Assembly (NCBI RefSeq): GCF_009914755.1
Contig: NC_060926.1
Length of the DNA stretch: 64,000 nt
Origin: the human T2T-CHM13v2.0 reference genome, Homo sapiens
Reading direction: 5' to 3' (one strand)
Each line of letters starts with the position of its first letter. Within the stretch, counting starts at the first letter, position 1. Of this stretch, positions 56,489 through 64,000 are shown one piece after another. Under the pieces are notes generated by a model that did not search any database, had not been told where the DNA came from, and was given only the letters and a program-made list of their open reading frames with translations. The translations under genes were made by a program, and so were the position numbers.

Positions 56489-58561
56489 AGATATAAAATT
56501 TTAGAAGTCTTTCTTTCTAATTCTTGTGCAACTAATTTCCTTCTCATCTAATGTCTTTGGCTCATACTTCTAAAACTATGTTAAATAGCATTTGCTTATT
56601 AGGCTTTCTTATCTTCTTTCTTGCTTTAGCAAGAATGCTGTTAATGTTTCCCCATTAAGTATTAATAAGAGTCAGATTTAGAAGTTATGCATATGTATAT
56701 ATATTATACTCTAAACGTATCTATGATTCCTGGTCTATTTATTGACTTTATCAGGAATGGGTGTTGAAATTTTTTGAAATGTCTTTTAGGCACCTCTGGA
56801 AATGATTCTTATTTTTTTTCCAGGATATGTTAATATGAATTAGTTACATTTTTAACATTTTGTTTATAGAGTGTTTATTGATTTGCTAATATTGAAGCAA
56901 GCTCACATTCTTGAAATAAACCCCACTTGGCACTGATGTATGCATTTTTTCATGTATTATTGGAATCTATCTGTTTATGTTTAAAAGATTTTTGCATTAA
57001 TCTTCATATATAAGATTAGTTTATGGTTTTCTTTTTTTTCATTGTTTATCAAGTGTTAATATATCAGTACATGTCTCTGAAAAACAGTTTGGAAGATTTT
57101 CTTTTTTCTGTATATTCAACAAGATTTTTAGTAATACTTGTATTACCTCTCCTATAAAGATTTGGTAGAATTTTTTTCTATGAAACCACTTCGCCTGGTG
57201 CTTTTATATGGTTGAGTTCTTTTACAATTTTACATATTTTTTCTCTAAGAAAACTATTTTTCCAGAATTTCTGTCTATACTAGAGTTGTTTGAGGTAGAT
57301 TATATTTTACTACTAAATTATTCAATTCATCTAGATTTTAAAATGTATTCATATAAAATTATACACACAATTTATCATGATTTTCTGTCTCTTCCCTTCT
57401 TTCTACTTGTGATTTCATAGCTTTCATTCCCTCATCATTTTTTATTTTGCACTTTCTGAACTTTCCTTTGTTGTTTTTCCTTTATTTTAGTGCATCTAAT
57501 AGTTTATAACTTTTTCAGTTTTTTTAAATGAGCCAGGTGATTTATTGCTTTCTACTGATTTTCTCTTTTCCTACTCATTGACATCTACCATTATATTTAC
57601 TATTAAAACCACTTCCTTCTGCCGCCTTTCACTCTCCTTTGTTGTTCTTTGCTGGTTCATTAAAGTGGACATTAAATTCACTTACTTTTATTTTTCATTT
57701 TTTGTTATAATCATTTAGTATTATGAATTTGCCTCTATTTAACTGTGCTCAAAAATTCTTATGTATCATCTTTTCATTAATACTATTTTCTAGAAATTCT
57801 GTGATTTAATTTTGTTTTTCTCTTTGATGCAGGAGTTACTTTAATAGAGTTTTTTACATTTCAAGGGAGGAGGGTGATTTTATTATGTTATTTACCTTTG
57901 TTTTATTGTGATCAGATAATTATGTTTGTATTGTTTCAGTTTTTGAAATTATTGTTTTTCTTTGTAGCTTCATTATGTAATTTTTTCTTTTAAACATCCA
58001 GAATACACACCGGATGATTATGTAGTTTATTTCTTTAGATCCTTACTAATTTTTGACTGCTTGATCTATCTAGGACCGAGAGACACATTTTTAAGTCTCC
58101 AGTTTTTGGTGCGTGTCTTATTTCTCCTTTCGGATCCTATAATTTCTGCTTTGTAAAGGTTGCTGCTATATTTTGTATATGGATATTAGTAATCGCTTCA
58201 TTTTACTGAGCACTAGTGACTTTAGCATTATAAGCATTCTTTTTGTCTCATTTAGTACTTCTGTCCTACTTTTATTTAATTTTACATATAGATTGCAAAC
58301 CCTTGCTTTTTGTTTGCATTTATTTCACTATTTCCATTCATTTATCTTTACTTAGGGATATTTATCACTTTTGATAATATAGGCCACAATTTTATATTTG
58401 ATCATGGTCTATTTCAATTTCTCTAAATTGTTTATTTGAAAATTCATGTTTTAAGTTCCAGAAAATCATTTCTTTTGTTGTTCATTGCCATCTTCTAATA
58501 TGGTATTATTATTATTTTCTTTAAATGGTATTCTTCAGCAGTTCCTTTACATTTACCATAT

Positions 58562-60040
58562 ATGTTCATTTTCTATTGTTGCACAACAAATTACCACAAA
58601 CTTATTGTAAAAGAACACACACATATTAGCTCACAGTTCTGTAAGTCAGAAGTCCAGAAGGGCTCAACAAGACTGAAATCAATGTGTCAGACAGGCTGAG
58701 TTCTCATATGGAGGCTCCGGGAAGAAATCCACTTCCAAGCTCATTCAAGCTGACAGAATCCACCTCCTTCGTGAGTTGCAAGGCTGAGATCTTCATCTCT
58801 CTGCTGGCTGGAGCCTCTCACAGCTCCTTAAACATCCTTTCACAGGTAGCTCCCTCCACCTTCAAACAAGCACTGACACATGGAATCTTCCTCGTGCATT
58901 GGGTATTCTGCCTTTTTTGTTTTATGGGCTTGTGTGATGAAATCAGGCCCACTTGGATAATCCCCTATCCTGAAGTTAACTGTGCTATATATCACAGCAT
59001 AGTCATGAAAGTAATGTCTCATCGTAGTGACAGTTTCCAGGGATTGGGATGGAACACACTCGTGTTGTGAGGGGGTTCGGGAAATTCTCCCTATCACAGT
59101 CCACCCTTCTGCCCCCAAAGATTCACATCACTCTCAAATGCAAAATATATTCGCACCAGCTCAAGGTTTCCAAGGTCTCATCCCATTGTGATATCAATTC
59201 AAAGTCCCAAATCTCATCTAAATCTCGTCACTTCAAAAGTCCAAAGTCTCCTTGTCTCAGTCACCTAAACCAATTACAGTGGAGGCCCCTGACCACAATT
59301 TCTCCCCATCAGTGGAGCAAAGGAAATAAAAAACAAGTTATCTGCTACCAACATTCAGTGGTATGATAGGCATAAGATAACTGTTTACACACTGAGATTC
59401 AGAAATCAGTAAAATTGAAAGTAAAAAGTAGTCAACCATGCAAAGCAGTTTTGAAATCCAACTGTGCAAACTTCTTTTGATGTCAAGTGCTCTTGATTCT
59501 GTCCTCAGATTCATTCTTCCTTCTTTGTGAAAATGGTAGCATGTAATTTCAGCTGAGTAGTTTTATCACCCTGTTTCCTGTTCACAGAACGTTGGATCTG
59601 AGAGCCTTTGTAATCTCTGTGCCTTTCAGTCCAAACTGGCAGTGTTTCTGCTGCCATAAAATTCTCAAGAACCTCATATGCATGAATTTCATGGGTGTTC
59701 ACTCTTTTAGACAAAAGGTTCATCCACAGATTTTCTTGGATAATCTTTTTTCTATTTTTGGCTTCTGGTGAGACAGCTGAGACACTGCCCTTACAGTTCC
59801 TAGGGCCCTCTGGTTTGATTGAGACCATCTATGATCCTTAACTTGCTGTTACTGAGTATTCTAACATTTTGATCTTTCAGAGTTTCAGTAAAAGGTTTCA
59901 GTAGAATGTTTTGCAGTCACATCCTTGGCTTTTTCTCCACGCTATGCTTTCAGAAGCAGTTTCTTCATTTTAGCATCATCTGCCATCTGGAAAGATTGAG
60001 AATTTCCCAAATCATCAAGTCCTGGCTTCCTAAAGTCACA
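58562..60040 (-). mobile_element. MLT1 (E/F-like) LTR at 58562-59098 plus adjoining MLT1 internal sequence
   Basis: acaaattaccacaaactt..ctcacagttctgtaagtcagaagtcc..gaagaaatccacttccaagctcattcaag; internal ccaaatcatcaagtcctgg. Confidence 0.8.
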
Positions 60041-60114
60041 AACCATTCTTGTCAGGAAGAGTTCATAAAATTCATAGAAATTTAAAGCTGATTTCACCTT
60101 GGAAATATCTAAAC

Positions 60115-60336
60115 CAGTGATTCTCAATTGTGGGTAATTTTGCCCCTGGGGAATATTTGGCAATGCCTAAATATGCTTTTGGTCTTCATGATGTGGGGAG
60201 GGAGGGATGGGTGTGACTGGCTAGTGGGTAGAGGCCAGGATGCGGCCAAACATCCTGCAATGCACAAGACAGCCTCCTCCCTGCAAGAAAGAATTTCCTG
60301 GCCTTAAATGTCAATATTGCTGAAGCTGAGAAACTG
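60115..60336. mobile_element. MER20
   Basis: cagtgattctcaa..ttttgcccc..tttggcaatg..gggtagaggccagggatgc..aaacatcct.caatgcacaagacagcc..aaatgtcaat. Confidence 0.88.
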
Positions 60337-60938
60337 AAGTAAACAAACTCCTACATTTTAAAGATGCAATCAGCGAGTTCCACAGAGGTAAAGGATGAGG
60401 CCAAGTCACAGAGCCTACAGTAGAAGAATCAGAACTATAACCCAACATCCAGTCTTCCCATTACATTGGACTTCTCAGCAATTCTGTGTCTATAGATTCC
60501 TTCAACTAACATTGGACACGTTGGCAGGCTACATTTAAAAATGTTTTTTACAATTAGACATTTGACTAAAAATGCAATATTTCAAAATTAAGAATAATGA
60601 TGATAATCATTTCTCGTCAGTGAGTGAACACTCCTGGAATTCTTCTTCCAGTATTTGTGCCTTCCGTGTAGTGACAGAGATCTTCAGCCATTGGCCCACT
60701 TTTACATTCTCAGTAAGTTTCCTTCCTTACACTTTATTTTTATTAAGCTGGATAATCTGCATTCACAAATACGGGCTGTTTAAACTCAAATAGTTCCATA
60801 AATTCAGATAAAACATGGATCCAGAAATTACAGTTATTTATTTATATATTTATTTTTACCACAGACTGCTTTTTCCCAAAGCATATTACTCTAAAAAACT
60901 GAAGGTTGAATATTTCAACTTGGAAATAATATTAAATA

Positions 60939-61233
<295 letters not shown>

Positions 61234-61673
61234 TCAAATGAATTTCAAATCCCATCTTTGGTTGCATATTTCATGTTCTGTTGTAGTTTATGGATACATA
61301 CACAGTGTACCCAATCACATCTCACTGGGTGTTCTAGCACTGAGTAAAAACCAAACATTTTTAATTAGAAAAGACACCAATTGTTAGTAATTATATCCTT
61401 TCTATTTCAACTATAGCTTTTGAAAAAAAATCTTGATATTTATTATACAGCTAAAATAGATGGTATGTCAGCCCTGAAGATTGCATTATCCTAGGTATTG
61501 AATGTAGCCGAGCTGCACAATATACATGACCCATAGAAACTAACTAAACTTTTAACTGGCCCATTAGCATTATAGATTTTCTTAAAAGTTTGTGTACTTT
61601 CTCCCCAACAATCAGAACATTATAGACTAGAAAAGCAAAGAACTCAACCCACCACCCTTTTCTGCTTAGAGCA

Positions 61674-62085
61674 CTGTGGATGGTGGTCTAGGGAGATGCC
61701 CCTTTGGAGGGAATTATTTTTTCATCCACCTGCTCAGATCACTGTTGGAAGATAAATAACCCTCAGCTGTCAGCTCTCTGCCTTGCTGAAGGTGACACCT
61801 CCTTCCAAGGGCCCTCCACATCCAATGCATGATCTCACAGGGTTGTAAAGATGAAGGCTCTTTGCTCAAACATAGGAAAATTTCAAAAACCATTCTTACT
61901 CTAGGGATCTCCAAGAAGTCAGTGAGGCCTTCAATGGCACTGCTCAACTTCTCCCTCTGCCCCATGCCAATCTCTTCCCTTCTATGTCATAGGTATCAAT
62001 CCCAAGAGCGTTCACTAATAGATGGCCTGAATGCTAATTTTCTTCTCAGAGGTTGCTTCCCAGGGAACCCAAGCTGGAAAAGTAC
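61674..62085 (+). mobile_element. Old ERVL-type LTR (LTR16/LTR33-like)
   Basis: 3' end ttctcagaggttgcttcccagggaacccaa is typical of this group. Confidence 0.55.
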
Positions 62086-62229
62086 ACTTTAGTAATTGAG
62101 ATGCGTTCTATAATTGTATTTTTCTTCAGTACTGATCCCAATGCACCTTTGCGAGCCATTCAGATTAAATACTCTTGCCCCTTTAGCACATTTTTTGGTG
62201 ATAAATCAAACAAAAAGCCACTGAGTTTT

Positions 62230-62440
62230 CTCCCCCATAAGCAGTGGAATATGATTGCAAAGTCTCTGGAGTTGGTGCCCTGGTGGTCAAGCATTTCAGT
62301 TCTACTTCTAATTTTCTCCTCCAAGCTATGATTTTCTTAGCTGTCAAGTAGAGATAAGAATAGTGCCTACTTCATAGAATTTGGGGGGTGATTAAATGAG
62401 ATAGAGTACAGAGTACAGTGGAAAGTTTCAGTAAATGTTT
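62230..62440 (+). mobile_element. MIR
   Basis: tttcttagctgtcaa..gagataagaatagtgcctacttcatag..gattaaatgagat. Confidence 0.6.
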
Positions 62441-64000
62441 GCTCTATTTTCTTATGTATCTTTTGCTTATTACAGAAGAGCTGATTCAAACATTCTGCAC
62501 ATCACTAGTGTCAAGTAATTATAAAGCAAAATATCTGCTACCATGCCGTTGACATCCAACAGTGTCTTTTCATAAAAGGATTTTTCCAGAAGCTCATAAT
62601 ACTTTCTCTCCAAGCATAATATTGTCATTAAATTTTATATGCTTGTCAGTATACTGTGACTGGAACAAGATTTTTGTTTTTTTGTTTTGCTTTTTTTTCT
62701 ATAAGGAAAGCAATTCTGGATGGTCTTTTCTCAGCCTTCAAAAAGAAAATGTATCCATTGAATGCTGGAAAGCATCATTTTATTGTTGTTCTAAAAAATA
62801 TTGATAAACTTCCTAGTGTGGTGAGTATACTTTAAAATGATTTGAAAATTGGCGGCTCCGTACTGCTATCTAACAAAGTTTCATATCCAATGAAATACTG
62901 AAATCTTAAGAAAAAACAAAAGCTTGGTTCAACAAAATCAGATTTTTAGACATCCATTGTTCTTATTTGCACTTTTCTTTTTTAGCTTGTGAAAATTCAT
63001 CACATTTAGAAACTCAGTTATCTCAGCACATGCAGAATCACATTCCATATTCACATCCAAGCCCTGTTCACTATTTATATTTACAATGTTGTTCGAAGTT
63101 GTGGTATTTGCTTTACTATTTTCATCACTACTTTCATGCTTCAGTTAACAACTTTTGAGCTACTGATTCATTTCTGTGAATCGAGAATATAACACCTTAG
63201 AAAAGTAACAATGAAATGTGAAAAGTAACAAATGTAAATAATAATATGCAAATGAGGCAATAATGAGTTAGTCAAGATAAATCTGTTCCCTGAATGAACC
63301 TGCAGGGAGAGTCATGGCGGTCCCTGTAGAATAAGTAGATTCTTTCAGAATATAATCGTTAATCATTTCTTTCAAATTCAGTAATGTATGTGAATAAATC
63401 GTGTCTTTGCATTTCCTCTGAAACCATCAAACTGCTTGCAGACCATGTGAAGGGTTGCTAGACCCACAGAGACCAACTAACCACACTCAGATACATTTGT
63501 TCTACCTACTGTTGCTTCTGTGTGGCTCCCCAGGCAAAGACACAGGTATCCATCTTGCCCAAAACCAGTTTTTCCAGCAGCGGATCCAACCTGTTCTTTT
63601 GAGCTGTGGTTAAGACTCAAAGTTCAGTCGAATTTGGTTACTCGCCTTAGAAATATTCAGTTCTACACAAGACAGATTATAAGGCATCCACCACTATTTG
63701 CATCAGTTAGTTGGGCTTATTAAGTGGGTCAAGGACTTTTTCTTATATTCTTGGGCTGCTCACAGAATAGATGTCTTGAGAATTAGCATAAAATTTAGCT
63801 AACCATGAAGGGAATTGTCTGAAATTAGGGTTGCCTGGGCTAATACCTAGTACACACCAGGGATTCTAAATTCTAACCCCAATTCTGCAAATCACTCATG
63901 GGGGGGGGTTTTAACTAATGATTTAGTCTCTTGTAACTGTCACTTCTTTTGAGCAAAGGAATAGATGTAGCTTTCTGGTGAAAAGGCAGACGTCAAAAAT

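Larger units (their letters stand above)
53550..58560 (-). mobile_element. Long degraded L1M block (multiple fragments, including ORF2-derived antisense sequence)
   Basis: T-rich; gacattgagtcttc..atgaacat, aatgtttccccattaagt, aggaatgggtgttgaa, cattcttgaaataaaccccacttgg are typical antisense L1 motifs. Confidence 0.8.

Overview
This is primate (human-like) non-coding genomic DNA, AT-rich and CpG-poor. Roughly half of it is recognisable interspersed repeat: about 20 Alus, old L1M/L2/L3/MIR fragments, MaLR/ERV LTRs including a complete LTR-int-LTR MST element, and hAT/Tigger/mariner DNA transposons. I found no intact protein-coding gene; the supplied ORFs are Alu-, L1- or low-complexity-derived or random. 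The main observation is a ~1.4 kb non-repeat segment at ~25.55-26.94 kb. Translated by hand across frameshifts and stops on the + strand, it aligns colinearly and nearly end to end with the bornavirus glycoprotein G, which makes it a fossil endogenous bornavirus-like G element (EBLG). The ORF track misses it entirely. The reference G sequence was recalled from memory, so the match needs tBLASTn/HMM confirmation. Smaller findings are a templated inverted duplication inside a Tigger1, an ancient pogo/Tigger HTH remnant, an enlarged MADE1 hairpin, a perfect 30-bp triple repeat, nested TEs and a few candidate non-coding exons and enhancers. Repeat subfamily names and boundaries are by eye and approximate.
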